Part shown: in pieces, positions 63,783 through 64,000 of the stretch
Layout: each line of letters starts with the position of its first letter
Numbering within the stretch: the first letter of the stretch is position 1
NCBI GenBank assembly: GCA_045645165.1
Contig: JAZRIF010000156.1
Coordinates: 552 to 64,551 of the forward strand
From: Eubacteriales bacterium
GTDB taxonomy: Bacteria > Bacillota > Clostridia > Oscillospirales > CAG-272
Length of the DNA: 64,000 bases
Direction of reading: 5' to 3'
Program-made: the position numbers and the translations under genes
The notes under the pieces: generated by a model
What the model was told of the DNA's origin: nothing
The model's database searches: none
Seen by the model: the letters and a program-made list of their open reading frames with translations, nothing else

Positions 63783-63829
63783 AAAACAAGCCTAACCCGA
63801 AGTAATTCGGATTAGGCTTGTTTTGGTGA
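63783..63829. terminator. Bidirectional terminator hairpin + GGTGA (copy 4 of the repeat family)
   Basis: AAAACAAGCCTAA(C)CCGAA / TTCGG(A)TTAGGCTTGTTTT, then GGTGA. The arm sequence is homologous to the hairpin at 42902-42943. Confidence 0.75.
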
Positions 63830-63850
63830 AACGTAAAACAACCTTTTCAA

Positions 63851-64000
63851 TCAGTAAAGCCCGCGGTACAGGGTCAGAAGCGTGTTCTCGTCCACCGCCT
63901 TGTCCGCAAGCACCAGCATATCGTCGGTACGGATGACAGTCTTGCCGCAGGACTCTAGCAAGGGGAGGATATCCACGTATTCGACACCGTAGTGGTTGTA
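63851..64000 (-). CDS. 3' end of an unidentified gene (the 5' part lies outside the window)
   Basis: Open frame of 49 codons from the window edge to the TGA (complement of 63851-63853). It translates ...LADKAVDENTLLTLYRGLY*. It is convergent with the GH36-like gene and shares the terminator. Confidence 0.4.
   Translation of the reverse strand, partial: YNHYGVEYVDILPLLESCGKTVIRTDDMLVLADKAVDENTLLTLYRGLY

Overview
This window looks like a chromosomal segment from a GC-rich Firmicute, probably a Clostridia / Oscillospiraceae-Ruminococcaceae-like anaerobe. That guess rests on gene content, GGAGG-type ribosome-binding sites and TTGACA/TATAAT promoters. I call about 50 protein-coding genes. I could not support any rRNA, tRNA or CRISPR array.

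Layout from left to right:
- 1-2.7 kb: acyltransferase 3' end, alpha/beta hydrolase, MBL hydrolase.
- 2.9-8.8 kb: three tandem paralogous lipoprotein genes plus two unknown genes.
- 8.8-15.4 kb: deoB, a stand-alone fnlABC/capEFG-type UDP-L-FucNAc operon fused to a FliB-like Cys-rich protein, and a ZIP metal transporter.
- 15.6-17.2 kb: a divergent ferredoxin-like gene and Crp/Fnr regulator with a perfect palindromic operator.
- 17.3-22.1 kb: a tightly packed six-gene operon (beta-propeller GH-like, tandem-SCP2, class-III aminotransferase, LMW-PTP, sfsA, cupin).
- 22.2-26.3 kb: asnA, purC, GH43, SGNH esterase.
- 26.3-30.2 kb: an AT-richer islet with an ABC-2 exporter, a LytTR/membrane-protein pair and a LysR regulator.
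- 30.4-39.4 kb: a nine-gene redox/H2 cluster, rex-adhE-kinase-2x[2Fe-2S]-hydS-PP2C-hydA.
- 39.8-42.5 kb: a lipoprotein with a C-terminal CX5R phosphatase domain.
- 42.5-43.7 kb: a non-coding scar zone with hairpin-linked repeats, a serine-recombinase remnant and a roughly 170-bp palindrome.
- 43.7-57.8 kb: a Gram-positive glycan-utilisation locus with AraC, a Gfo/Idh/MocA oxidoreductase, MFS, an orphan SBP, two C-terminally anchored surface proteins and a roughly 1060-aa GH.
- 58.0-60.0 kb: an AT-rich islet with a broken WYL-type regulator and one intact orphan gene carrying an HNH-like Cys/His signature.
- 60.0-63.7 kb: an AraC / GH36-like pair.

The most interesting items are:
- the putative H2-sensing HydS/kinase/PP2C/Rex module;
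- the orphan HNH-like gene beside the WYL remnant;
- the unassigned glycan locus with its NAD-oxidoreductase;
- a dispersed hairpin+GGTGA(G)CC repeat family;
- a shared C-terminal anchor architecture on three exoproteins.

All family assignments come from reading motifs by eye. No database search was run.
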